DNA of 64,000 nt from Octopus sinensis (lineage: Eukaryota). The notes below the pieces were generated by a model that was given only the letters and a program-made list of their open reading frames with translations, had not been told where the DNA came from and ran no database searches. The position numbers and the translations under genes are program-made. The first letter of the stretch is position 1, and the number at the start of each line of letters is the position of its first letter. Positions 39,786 to 52,543 of this stretch are shown in pieces. The stretch covers positions 117,242,001 to 117,306,000 of the forward strand of contig NC_042997.1 in the NCBI RefSeq assembly GCF_006345805.1, in the 5' to 3' direction.

Positions 39786-40540
39786 TAGGCACAGGAGTGG
39801 CTGTGTGGTAGGTAGCCTGCTTACCAACCACATGGTTCCGGGTTCAGTCCCACTGCATGGCACCTTGGGCAAGTGTCTTCTACTATAGCCTCGGGCCAAC
39901 CAAAGCCTTGTGAGTGGATTTGGTAGACGGAAACTGAAAGAAGCCCGTCGTGTATATGTATATATTTATGTATGTGTGTATATGTTTGTGTGTTTGTGTT
40001 TGTACCCCCAACATCACTTAACAACCGATGGTGGTGTGTTTACGTCCCGTAACTTAGCGGCTCGGCAAAAGAAACCGATAGAATAAGTACTAGGCTTACA
40101 AAGAATAAGTCCTGGGGTCGATTTGCTCGACTAAAAGGCGGTGCTCCAGCATGGCCACAGTCAAATGACTGAAACAAGTAAAAGAGTAAAAGAATATATA
40201 TTGTGGCATCAGGATCAGACCCACGGTGCAGCACCTTGGGCAAGTTTCTTCTACTATATAACTGCGGATAGACCAATGCTTTGTGAGTAAATTTGGTAAA
40301 TAGAAAATGTGTAGAAGCCTGTTATATAGTATGTGTTTGTGTGTGTGTGTGTTGTGTTTGTTCCTCTTTAACGCCTGTCAATCTGTGTTGGTTTGTTTAT
40401 GTCTCCGGCAAAAAGGTTCAGACATTAGAGGTACCAGACTTAGAAATAATTACTAAGGTCAATGTGTTCGACTATAAGCTTTGCAATGCGGTGCCCCAGC
40501 ATGGCCAGAGTTCAGTGACTGAAACAAGTAAAAGATAAAA
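39786..40540 (+). mobile_element. SINE family B, full-length copy plus an older tandem copy
   Basis: Head ggcacaggagtggctgtgtggta..ggttcagtcc; both units end in cagcatggcc..gactgaaacaagtaaaaga. Confidence 0.85.
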
Positions 40541-41044
40541 GTGGCTTGATAATTGTCTGAAGCGAACTAAGATAAATTTAATTATTGCAGTGTGGTAATA
40601 TATGAGACTCTTCAACTTAGAATTCTGCTTTTATGTTTATATGCCGTACGAGAAAGAGTGGTCTGGTTTTTCAGAACTGACTGGACGTCTGAAAGACAAA
40701 ACCAAAATGTTGCTTCCTGACATCTCAAAGGAAATCTTCCAAGATGTCTATCAATCATTATAAATTACTGGAACATTGTTCTACAAGCACAACCATAAAC
40801 ACCTGATAACATAAACTGACAAAGAACTCAGTACAGACGAAGGCTCTAAATATTTTATTCGAACGAAATGCAGAGTCACTGTGACTGCCATCGAGCTGCT
40901 GCCAGCGAAACATCAAAGTCATTTGAATTTTTGTATCTCGATTGACATAGGTGTTGATATTAAAGGCGGATTTTCAAGATAACTTATTTTCATAGAAAGA
41001 TAGTGGTAATTGATGAAGGCAAGACAAAAGCCTGTTCCTAATAT

Positions 41045-41208
41045 AGGAGCAGGCATGGCTGTGTAGTAAGAAGTTTCCTTCCAACCAGATGGTTCTGGGT
41101 TCAGTTCCATTGTGTGGCAATTTGGGCAAGTATTTTCTACTATAACCTCGGCCCGCCAAAGCCTTGTGAGTGGATTTGATAGACGGAAACTGAAAGAAGC
41201 CCGTGGTA

Positions 41209-41242
<34 letters not shown>

Positions 41243-41485
41243 AGCGTGTGTGTGCGTGTGTGTGCGTATGTGTGTGCGCATCCACCAATACTTGACAACT
41301 GGCGTTGGTTTGTTTACCTGCTCGTAACTTAGCGGTTCAGCAAGAGAAAAAAACTGATATAAAAAAGTACTGGGCTTAAAAAAGAATAAGTACTGTAATC
41401 AATTCGTTCAACTAAAATTCTTCAAGGCGATGCCCCAGCATGGCCGCATTTTAATGACTGAAAGAAGTAAAAGATAAAAAATAAA
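41045..41485 (+). mobile_element. SINE family B
   Basis: Homologous to the other copies. Confidence 0.8.
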
Positions 41486-42112
41486 GCAGATGTGTTAGCG
41501 ACGCCATTGTGGACGGCGTGTATCATGAGAGTTTGTTGTCATTACCGATCTCTGAGAAAATTCCTTATGTTTGTTTCTTTGGACAAAACGAATATTTTTT
41601 ATACATGTTAGAGTAAACGATTATTATTGATTTCTTTTTGTGTTAAACTAGAATCCTTGGAATGCTGGTTGATTGTTTGGTAATTAGGTTTTAGATGTTC
41701 AAACTGGTTTTCTTCTATAGCAATGGAACATAGCATACGGTTTTATACATGCATTTTACAAAGTAACTGGGAAACGTTTAATATTTGGAGTAGATTGGAA
41801 GGTGTTTATTCTCGTTTAAACTGTCTGCGTTTCTAAGATATGTACGTATTCTCGCATATCTTTAGTAACCTTAACCTCGCTCGGACAAATGCCATTATAC
41901 CTATTCAGGGCGACGAGCTGGCAGGATCGTAAGCAAGCCTGACAAAATTAGCTTCACTGCATTTCTTCTGGTTTTACGTTCTGAGTCCAAATTCTGTCGA
42001 CTTCGCCTTTCATCCTTTCACGAACGATAAAATAAGTAACAGTTGAGCACAGGGGTCGATATAATAGACAATGACCCTCCCCTAAAATTTCAAGTATTGT
42101 CCCTATAGTAGA

Positions 42113-42872
42113 TCATCATCATTCATCATTGTTCGACCGTGGTCGAGACAATGGAATTTACCATGTTGCGCCAGACTTCACGGTCCATCATAGCATTACG
42201 GAGGTCCTGTTGCTGGATGCCTGTATCCCTGGAGATTACATCAGGGTAGGAGAGTGTGCGCCCTCTGGTGTTGCAAGTAGATCGCTTCCAGAGGAGAAGA
42301 GTAGAAATTACTTCTTTTTCAGCTCTACAACAATGTCCAGCAAACTGGACTCTCCTACCTTCCACAAGAGATGACACAGGTGGTAATTTCCCATATATTT
42401 GCATTTTAGTTGGATGGCGCCTCCACGAGAGATTTTGAGCTCTCATAAGGAGGTGAGTGTAGGTTCCATCCAACCGCCTCTCAAGCTTCTTTGATAACGT
42501 CCAGGTTTCTGAGCCATATAGTAGGATTGGTTCGACTGTGGCTTTGAATATTTCAAGTTTGAAGTCTCTACTTAGATTTCATGACCAGATCTTATGCATG
42601 TCATTACAGGCTGACCAGGCCATACCCTTTCTAGTTAGAAAGTCTTTTCCAGATGATGATATGTATGACCCAAGATATTTATAATCAGAAACCATATTTA
42701 AAGGTGCACTGTTGAGAGTGTGGATGATGCAATCACTGTTGGACAGGCACTTGTTTATGTATTCAGTTTTGGTCTCATTGAGGTAAAGACCTACACAATT
42801 TGAGGCTTGTTCAAGAGATTGTAAAAGAGACTGGGCATTGGAGAGAGAATCACTGATAAGAGCGATGTCGTC
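42113..42872 (-). mobile_element. 5'-truncated RTE-clade LINE with an (ATG)n tail
   Basis: Minus strand DDIALIS..GLYLNETKTEY..YKYLGS..ILLYGSETWTL..LDGTYTHLLMRAQNLSW..FAGHC.R. Sits at the tail of the SINE at 41907. Confidence 0.85.
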
Positions 42873-43221
42873 AGAAAGTACGATACTAATTCAAAAATCA
42901 TCCGTTCATTTTTTTAAATCCTTCATCCTCACTTATCATCGTGTTATGTACCTTCCTAACCCATTTCCTACAAATAAAGGTCGCCCCGTTTCAAACGCTT
43001 ATACTTCATACCGCCTTAGCTTCTGTCTTAACAGACTCTCATCTGGTTCCTGTTGCATATATATCGCACCAGGCTCTTCTGTCAGACATGTTTTCTGTAT
43101 CTTGACGAGTTTCATCACACAGGTTTATAGTAAACCATCTAACAATTACCTTTTGACAGCATTACTAACACAATAAGTTTCTTCCTGTCCATCTAAGGTA
43201 TTACATCGAGATAGATAGATG

Positions 43222-43366
43222 TTTCTTTATTGGTTACGCAGGGCTGAACACAGAAGGGACAAAATACAAAGTAGAGCTTTTCTTTTTGGGAAGAAGAGAA
43301 GAAAACAAAAAGTGGGTCGAATTCCGATCAAAAGAGATCGTGAAAAAAAAAGTAGGGGCCGATCAA
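43222..43366 (-). mobile_element. Short 3' fragment of the same Tx1-like LINE, in (GATA/GACA)n
   Basis: Aligns with 19059-19200 (gggctgaacacaga.gggacaaa.tacaaa.gtagagcttttctttt). Confidence 0.75.
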
Positions 43367-44824
43367 TAGATAGACAGACAGACAGACAGACAACAGACAG
43401 ACTGACTGACAGGTAGATAGACAAATAGGTAGGCAGATAAATAGACAGACAGACGGATGGACATATTGTATTTTATGATTTTGCTTTGGCAGAGCGATAC
43501 AAATAACCAGTTGTTAGAACGCAATATACATATGCTCTAGAGTAGAGCGTTGGCCGAATGCAAAGCATAATATCTGTTAATAAATGATAAAAGAACAGGG
43601 AGGTACATAATCGGCTTCATTAGCTTACAGTTGTTTCTGCTATTAAAAACAATGCTCTCAGAACTGAGCGGTTGTGTATGAGCCACTAATTTTAATGGCT
43701 TCCTCCACGGTCATTAAAATAATATGCGTGTACACTCTCTTGTAAGCCTCAGTCAACTGAAAACTTACAATAAACTTTACTCGCATTAAAGAGTCTCCAA
43801 ATTCCGTTATTTGAAACAATCTTTTAAAATAATTCCTATTTAACATTTATGATACGCGCGTGCACGCAAGTGTGTGCGTGTGGGTATATGTCTATGTGTA
43901 ATGGTGCTGGAAACTTCAACAATTCTTTCCTCATATTCGATCTGAGGACAATAGTGTTAGTATGCACAAAATAGTAAGTTTTCATAATCTTACGTAAGTA
44001 AACTTCATGAAAAATACAGGGAAATACAGAAAATATTGGAATATGATTCTCGACTCCTTTGCAATTTGTGCCAAAGTGGGAAGATGCATATCCTGCAAAT
44101 AGGTTCTAATGGTTGAATCTGAGATCAGATCTTCTCACATAATGCAGACAGACACTAAAATAGCTTTTGGTCTTTTATAAATCACCTTAATGCATGTTCT
44201 GTGCGTTGATTGGCTATTGATTCTGTAAGACAGCAGCATTTTTTAAAGCTTTTCTAACCTTTCTTTTTTGAAGAGCTTCCGTGTATGCAATGTGCATAAC
44301 ATATATTTATACATAGTGTGTGGTATGTGTATTTGTATTTCTATGTATGAGCATTCTCGTGCAAGAGAGCCTACATGTACGTCAATACGTACGCACATGT
44401 ATATGCATATCTATATCTAAATATATATATATATTTATATATATATATATATACACACATATATATATAAACATACATACGTATGTACACACACAAAATA
44501 CACACACACACACACATATAAGTAAATAGATATCTTTCTATTACATGTACTTCTTCCTGATTTTTTCTCTTTTCCTTTCTTTCTGCTATTATTTATCTCT
44601 TAGAGTCTTTCCTTCTTACTAATCTCCACTTCATATATAGCATGCCTGCATTTCCGATTTTTCGCATTTCTCAATACTTTTAATGAAATATGGCTTTTTT
44701 GCAATCGAACCAACTTTTATTGTTCTCCTTTTAACATACTCATATTCTGTAGCTATGTATATATTGCGCGCATGCTCACATTACTGCATGTTTGTGCGTG
44801 CATCTATATCCGTCTCTGCACAAG

Positions 44825-44833
44825 TATATGCAT

Positions 44834-44897
<64 letters not shown>

Positions 44898-44903
44898 CAC
44901 AAT

Positions 44904-44938
<35 letters not shown>

Positions 44939-45490
44939 TATATATATATAATATATATATACATATATATATAATGTGTGTATATACATAAATATATATG
45001 TATATATATATGTGTGTATATACATAAATATATATATATGCATATATATAATGTGTGTATATACATAAATATATATATGTATATATAATTTGTGTGTGTA
45101 TACATACATATATGTGTATGTATATATATAATGGTATGTGTGTATACATTTGTATGTGTATATAGAATAGTATATGTGTATACATACATATATATATAAT
45201 GGTATGTGTGTATACATATGTATGTATATATAGAATGGTATGTGTGTATACATATATATATATAAATTATATATACATAGAATGGTATATGTGTATACAT
45301 GCATATATATGTATATATATATATATATATATAATGGTATGTGTGTATACATATGTATGTATATATAGAATGGTATATGTGTATACATACATATATATAT
45401 ATATATACATATATATATACATATATATACATATATATATACATGTATGTGTGTATGTATGTATATGCATGCCTCTGTATGTATATATGG
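44825..45490. repeat. Compound TA/TG microsatellite with a higher-order ~35-40 bp unit
   Basis: Recurring aatggtatgtgtgtatacat anchors separated by variable (TA)n. Confidence 0.8.
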
Positions 45491-46130
45491 GTGTTCAAAT
45501 ATGAAAGTATGTCTTTCTATGCATCTTGATGGATGCGTACATGTGTGTGTCAACATAAATATATTTGTAAGTATGCATATATATTCACATATGCGCACAC
45601 ACCCACATACATACATATGAGAGCAAATGAGAGACTGTGTGTGCATGAAACGGTGTTATATATACATGGTTTTCTCCCTTGAAACATATTCAAGACACAC
45701 TTTATGTAAATTTTATTGCTTATGATTCAAATACGTGGAGGTTTCATTGGCGTTTAGTATTATTTATAAGTGAATTTGTTTTTGTTTTGTTGCTGTATTC
45801 CATTCTTGTGCAACAGAAGACATTTAGAAACTCGGTTTCACCCCCATCCTACTTTATTTATGCTTATCTCACCAGAAACAAAAGAATGAATGTTATGGAA
45901 TTTTTAACATCCAATCGCATTCAAAATTTTGAGTATATTTCCCGTACATTTCCTATGTTAAAATTATAGATATGCTTATTTTGTTTTACTCCTCTGAATA
46001 TAGGATTCGAGACACTTAGTGTAAGGATTAATAAAGCTTTCAGTTTCTAGTAAAACAAATTACGTAACGTGTTTCGACAATACTCCTTACCTTCTTGTTT
46101 CACTCATGTTTGTTTGGAATGCTAATCCGT

Positions 46131-46161
<31 letters not shown>

Positions 46162-46205
46162 TATATATATATTGATCAAAATAAAAACATGATGCGAAGG
46201 ATTCA

Positions 46206-46283
46206 GCGGTACATATGTTTCGGGCCTTTATTGGACAGATTTATAACAATGCATAATGTATGTCTGTGGCCTTCTTCAGCCGC
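46206..46283 (-). ncRNA. Hammerhead ribozyme, identical inverted copy of 49575-49652
   Basis: Exact reverse complement, lying within the inverted pLTR. Confidence 0.8.
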
Positions 46284-46316
46284 GCACAACAGCTTCCACA
46301 AGGACATGTGTTACAT

Positions 46317-47619
46317 GATGTTACGTTAAACTTGAATAAGCACCTTCACCACCCGTATAGGAAACCCGAAGAAACTACCAAATACATCCATACCTCTTCC
46401 AACCATCCACCCTGTATAATTAGCACCACGGTCCAAGCCATCTCAGACAGACTTACAAAACTATCCTCTAATAGAGAAATTTTCAATAATCACGCACCAC
46501 ACTACAACCAGGCTCTCTATAGTGCCGGGTATAACCAGAGAATATCATATGTAGACCACCCGGGAACGTCCGTCGGCCATAAAACTCCCAATTATAATCG
46601 AACTCAGCACTCAACTCACACTAGCGATAATTCTAATTTAAACTCCAAACAACGTGTAGGAAATAGGCGAACTAATAGAATAGCACACAATAGTAACCCT
46701 CCCGACGAGAGCAATATAGATCCTATCAGGAGAAATAGAAGGGATAATAGTAGATTACGCAAATATATATGGTTCAACATACCTTACAACTTAGCAGTTA
46801 GGGGTAAGTTATGTAAGAGAATATTCTCTATCATTTCCAACAACTTCCCACCCACCCATAAGTATAGAAGTATCTTCTCCAACAAAACCATTAGGATTTC
46901 CTACTCTACCCTGCCCAACATGAGCTGCCTCATAGCTAAACATAACTATATTAATATTAGAACAGCTAGATCAAGAGCAAACTATAGCGACCAACAGAAC
47001 CCCCCCTCATCTAGATAGTAGACAATATAACCAGACTGGCAGCCATACTACCCAAACAGTTAGTAATAACACCCGCCAACACAACGGAGGAAATACTACA
47101 CCCATCAACAACCAGGAGGATATCAACGCCCCCACTCGTATTGCAACACCTCCGCCTGGGATTAGCAGCACACGACCGAATAATGCAACGCAATGCAACT
47201 GCAGATGTGCATCAGAGTGCCCGCTACAGGGCGCATGTAGGGCGAAAAACGTAATATATTCATGTGAGGTGAGTACCCAGTTTAACACACTCACCTACAT
47301 AGGTTGCTCAACCTCCTGGAAATCCAGATACTACAACCACCGGTCCTCGCTGAAACACAGACATAAGGCTAACAGCACCTCCCTTTCTAAAAGAATTTGG
47401 GAATTAAAAGACAAATGCATAGGCTTCAAACTCAGGTGGTCCATCATCGGATCAGCTGCACCTTATTTAAATAATAGAGCAGGATGCCAACTATGTTGTG
47501 TAGAACTCCTGAACATCTTGAAATTCAAAGACAAACACAATCTTATTAACAAAAGGTCAGGGTTCAAACCATCCTGTATACACAAACTTATTAATACTTT
47601 CAAATACTACAAAGCTTAG
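46317..47619 (+). pseudogene. Naiad-like RT C-terminus, N/T-rich linkers, Zn-knuckle and GIY-YIG endonuclease (frameshifted)
   Basis: ORFs 46260-47018 and 47269-47619. The second frame is open from about 47015 and contains CNCR...CPLQGAC. Confidence 0.8.
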
Positions 47620-47764
47620 GTTATTATACCAACTCCCCCATGCAATTTCCTCCCACCCGGTGCAACCTGTCGGCTCCAGCACATCCCGCTTTCCTATATG
47701 TGCGTGTATATGCGTATATGTGTGCGTATATATATATGTATGTGCACATAGGTGTACGTATATG

Positions 47765-47798
<34 letters not shown>

Positions 47799-49574
47799 GG
47801 TGTGTGTGTGGGTGTGTGTATGTGCATATATGTTTCCCTGCATTTTCCTCCTATATATACAAATCTTGTCTCCCATATATGTCTTCTTTTCCCTACATAT
47901 TTCTTCTACACCCATATCATTCCTATATAGTCTATTTATTTCCCAATATCTATACCCTTTCACATTTCTAACTCGGATGTTGAACGCACACCGCCAAACT
48001 CCACTTCCCACCCTTCCAATTTTCAGTTCCCCCCGCCCGCCCCTACGTGGGCACCTTTAACACACACCTCTAGCTTTCAACCACCTTCATCTCATGTTAA
48101 ACTTTACCAAATTATATTTTTATTTTATTTTATTTTATTTTTACTTTTATTTTTACTTTTATTCTACTTCGCTTTATTCTCATTTTTATTTTCATCCCTT
48201 ATCTTAATTCTTATAATTTTTATAATTTTTATATTTCATTTCTAACTTTTACATTGTATTTCTTATTTTATTTCTAATGTTTACCCTTACCCTCATTCTT
48301 ACCCCTAACTTATCGCTTTATATCTCTATATATGTCTATTTTTTTTTTGCTTATCCCTTATTTACTTACCTATAGATCCACTTTATGATTATACGAGCGT
48401 CCGTGTACGTATGTATACGTATACATATATGTACATATGTACGAGTAAACATCTACGTCTGGATGTACATACCCCGTATTTTTTTTACATGTTTTATTAT
48501 ATTCATATGTTTACACCTATTTGTATACATCTTTTAATATCTTATAGCTATACCCATATGCGCGTATGTCTCTGTGTGTGTATGTAAGTGTATATGTGCA
48601 CGCACATATGGACACACAGCCGTGTGTGCGTGCACGTGTAGACGTGAGTGCATGATTCTTTACATACGTTCTTATATACATCCTTTAATATCTTACATCT
48701 AAACCTGGAAGCGTGGGCATATGCGTATGTGTATGTAAGGATGGGCGCACGTATGTACATATGGGTGTGTACACGTATAATGTCCGTGTATACATACAGA
48801 TATTCTGTTGTATGTATATGTACGCGCGTGCGTGTGGGTGTGTGTGTGTTTATGTACATGTTTACACGTGAGTGCGTGTGTATGCTTATAGGCTTGGAGG
48901 CGTATATGTACGCGTGTATATGGGTGTATGTATCCATGATGGTATGTATGCACAAGATGACCAATTAATTCAAAGAACCAGATTAAACGCTCAACAGCTC
49001 TGATTTACAACACATTAGATCCCCAGACGACACTGTTGATTTATTGACACCCAAAACTTCCACAACTAAATTTTATCAATCTCCTGACCACCATGTTTGG
49101 TCCGTAACCTTTATACATCCCTTATCTTTATACTTTTTTATCATGTTTATTCCTATTTTTATTTTTTTACTTTTTACTTTTATTTCTATTTCTATTTTTA
49201 CTTTATAACCTTATGCCTTTACATTTATTTATATTTCTTTATATTTCTTTATATTATTTATACCCCCTTTACATCTCCTTATATCCCTTTATATCTTTAT
49301 ACTCTACATTTTTATATTTTTCTATACTTACACTTTTTATACAATTTTTATCCCTCGTCCTGAATTCTCGCCCCTCCATCTTCACGTCTATATATGTATT
49401 TATTTATTTACATTACTTCAACATCCAAATTTCCTCATTCTACATTGAGAGAAGAAAGGGATGGACGCTTCAGTTCTATGCTGCTGCCGCATTATGTCGT
49501 ACGCGAATGAGAGGATTTGCATCCCCAACCAAGAATTTTTGATGTAACACATGTCCTTGTGGAAGCTGTTGTGC

Positions 49575-49652
49575 GCGGCTGAAGAAGGCCACAGACATAC
49601 ATTATGCATTGTTATAAATCTGTCCAATAAAGGCCCGAAACATATGTACCGC
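49575..49652 (+). ncRNA. Type I hammerhead ribozyme with extended stem II
   Basis: GCGG-CTGAAGA-A-GGCC[ACAGA...TCTGT]GGCC-C-GAAA-CATATG-TA-CCGC. Stem I GCGG/CCGC, intact core, palindromic stem III, GUA site (predicted cut after 49648). Confidence 0.8.
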
Positions 49653-49754
49653 TGAATCCTTCGCATCATGTTTTTATTTTGATCAATTTACTCCACCACC
49701 TACACCACCAAACGGTATACACAGGTGCTTATAATTATCAAGTACTCACCCCGA

Positions 49755-49818
<64 letters not shown>

Positions 49819-50076
49819 TGAGGGAGATAAATTAATATTAATTTTAATATCAATTTAAAACCAGTAGTCTAGCATACAAAAAATCTGAGAAATAAGAGAA
49901 AATTCTAATATATGTGTATATTGGTAGGGCAAGACTGCTAGGTAGTCGGCCGTATGCTAGAAATAGATCATCAACGATCAAACTACAAAGAAAGTTCTCT
50001 AGAGGAAAATTCAGCGAACACCAGAACCAAATTTGGCGGGGAGGACAGATGAAAATTTATATAAAAAACAGAATTA

Positions 50077-50153
50077 ATTACATACCCCGGTTTCGGCCTT
50101 TAACAAAAGAATTACTTAAATAATTCAAATTTCCGTGGCCTCATCAGTACAAT
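50077..50153 (-). ncRNA. Type I hammerhead ribozyme with extended stem II
   Basis: Minus strand reads ATTGTA-CTGATGA-GGCC[..GAATTA..TAATTC..]GGCC-GAAA-CCGGGG-TA-TGTAAT. Canonical core and stem II; stem I has two G-U pairs. Confidence 0.7.
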
Positions 50154-51359
50154 CGTTCAGTGTAAATTCAATCTGAAAACTAACCCTAGCTTTCTGTGCC
50201 AAAACAGACACGTGTTTAGTTTTACCGATTACATTAGGTATAAAATTTCAAATGTCTTATTTCCGGCGCGCTAAAAAATTCCTGAAGCGAAGAACTGCAG
50301 TAAATAATTACACCATTTTATTCCTTTCGAATTATACCAGTGATATCTTCGAAACATGTGTCGGAAGTAAAAGAATTTGAATAACACCTGCGTTTAACTC
50401 CATATATATATATGTATGTATAAAGTAATGAAAGAAGGGAAATGCACACAGTTTACATACAGTTTGAATACAGTTTTTGATATATTTTATAATTGAAAGA
50501 ATATTGTGTTTGTCGATAGGTTTCGATTTCACTAATCATGACATTGAAATTATTGTAATTTCGTATTTTCTTTTACACACACACACACACACAGACAGGT
50601 GTGGATGTATATATACATAAATATATATATACGCATACGTACATGCATACATACAAACACATGCACACACACACACATATATATACACATACATACACAT
50701 ATGCAACGAGTGTGTGTATATGGGTAAGCATATAATATATGTGAATACACAGAAGAAAAAAGACACTCAAAACAGACACGTCCATAAAATAAACTAAAGT
50801 CCGAATTTATGGATCAAATACTTTTCAAGTAAATGTCAAACCCTTCCAGTTCTCAAGATGTAACAAAAAGTCAAATTTGCAGAGGAATTTCAAGAGAGTA
50901 ACAATAAACTGCAAGAATATGAAGGGTAAAGGTGTTGTGTGCGTCGTAAGTGTCAAGTGATGTTCAAGTAGGATCCTCTTGAAAAATGACATCGCTTGAT
51001 TGTTGTGTTGTTTTTTTGTTTTTTCTATAGGAGACAAGTGACTTAAAAATAGTGATTTAGAATTACCATCATAACAGATATATATCTAAATACCATTGCA
51101 CACACAACGAATCATCGTTAAATGCAACATTTGTATTTTTAGTGACACTTCATTTCGATCGGTATCTCTTCCAGTGGTGATCTGGTGTCAAACGTAAAGT
51201 GTTTCTTTTAATAATATGATGTAACTAGCGCTTGCAAGAAGCGATGAGTCAAAGTTCAAACATACACACACACAGTAAGAAAAAGGAAGGAGGAGAATTT
51301 CGATTATCCCCACGTGCTAAGTTATAATGCAATATATATACATATAAAAGATAAAACGA

Positions 51360-51560
51360 TCATGAAACATGAAAACACAAAGAGAAAACACAACGCGAGG
51401 ACGTGGAACAAATATAGTATTATTGGACGCTCAGGAAGAATGGGTAGAAGGGGGGGTTAACATTTCGAGCGGAGCTCTTCGTCGGAAACATAGAAGGAAA
51501 GATCCAGAGAAGGGAAGACAGAGGAAAAAAAATCGCCAACGGTACACACGCAGTCACATT
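51360..51560 (-). mobile_element. Solo PLE pLTR-like fragment with a degenerate HHR motif
   Basis: Copy of 17790-17990, with core CCGACGA. Confidence 0.65.
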
Positions 51561-51778
51561 TATATATATATATATATATAATACGAGGGGTTTAGTTCAC
51601 TTGTAATCTAAACGAATAGGTACGCAGGGTAAGTGGTATAGTTGGTCGACCATGAGATTCCAAGGTTACAACTAAGACTGGATCTTATGTATTATATTAT
51701 GAGAAAAAAATCAAGCCAAGGCACAACGAGTATCTCAAGTTATTTGGAATAATCTAATCAAGGTAATGTGAATTTGAA

Positions 51779-51854
51779 GTCTTACAGCTGTTTCTGGGAT
51801 AACCCAAGTGGTTGGTCAGCATAACCGTACATTGGGTATTCCGCCATCAAAGAT
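51779..51854 (-). ncRNA. Degenerate inverted copy of the 52201 hammerhead (core TTGATGG)
   Basis: Reverse complement aligns colinearly over 76 nt with 52201-52276; two core substitutions. Confidence 0.55.
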
Positions 51855-52200
51855 AAAGTATGAATAGTTAAAAACCCAGGTAAATCTGGGCAACATATTA
51901 GCAGTGCTCTGAATGACATTTACAATAGGAATACATCATTCAGAACACTGCCAAAATATTGCCTGGATTTCCCTGGGATTTTAGCTAAAAACCTGTACCT
52001 TCATGGAAGTAGCGACCAGCATGCATATCCTCAGGAAAAAGGTGAATTGGGAACTTTATTCTTCTGCCTATATTCTTCTAGCTACCATTACTCTTTATTC
52101 TTCAATTCTACTCCATTATTCTTCCATTTTATTCCTTATAAACTGTGAATTTTATTCCTTGTAAACTGTAAATTTTCTCAGTCTATGATATTCGTACCTT

Positions 52201-52276
52201 GTCTCTGATGACGGAATACCCAGTGCATGGACAAGCTAAGCAACCACTCGGGTTATCCCAGAAACAGCTGTAAGAC
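52201..52276 (+). ncRNA. Type I hammerhead-like ribozyme with extended stem II
   Basis: GTCT-CTGATGA-CGGAATACCCAGTG...CACTCGGGTTATCCCA-GAAA-CAGCTG-TA-AGAC. Stem I GTCT/AGAC, palindromic stem III, GUA site; the base of stem II is irregular. Confidence 0.65.
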
Positions 52277-52492
52277 GTCAAATTTACCTTACCCTAATTA
52301 AATCATTCTAAATGTTTTGAGATACTCGTTCTGCCCTGGCCTTGATACACACACACACACACCTAAAAGCCTGGATAATCATAGCTAGAATAAGTTACAT
52401 CATACGCTTCCCCGAATGGAGTTGACACACAAATAGCCACATACATACAAACATACATACTTATATATAAGTATGTATATATATTATATATA

Positions 52493-52543
<51 letters not shown>

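Larger units (their letters stand above)
46171..49758 (+). mobile_element. 5'-truncated Naiad-like PLE with an inverted pLTR copy at its 5' end, inserted in (TA)n
   Basis: RT C-terminus DVTLNL..PYRKP..YIHTSSNHPP, IWFNIPYN, ISYSTLPNM. After a frameshift in the C-run near 47000: CNCRCASECPLQGAC..NVIY..TYIGCS..WKSRYYNH..C.LC..E..LINKRS...CIH. 46171-46316 is the exact reverse complement of 49542-49687. Confidence 0.85.
51711..52345. mobile_element. Non-coding foldback element with ~160-bp HHR-containing inverted arms and an internal hairpin (probably PLE pLTR-derived)
   Basis: 51711-51870 is an imperfect reverse complement of 52188-52345. Internal hairpin at 51870-51982. Lies between (TA)n and (CA)n. 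Confidence 0.65.

Noticed and set aside
43605-43640. GAAACAACTGTAAG on the minus strand, resembling the stem III/GUA part of the 52201 hammerhead
   Set aside because: No CUGANGA core or stem II at the proper upstream position.
44683-45646. Long Y/I/H/T-rich ORFs here, at 8359-9608 and at 47624-48968
   Set aside because: They are translations of (TA)n, (CA)n and (TG)n microsatellites.
47015-47619. Selenocysteine (UGA) recoding as reported for some Naiad elements
   Set aside because: The Cys positions in the Zn-knuckle and endonuclease are TGC/TGT; the ORF break is a homopolymer frameshift, not an in-frame TGA.
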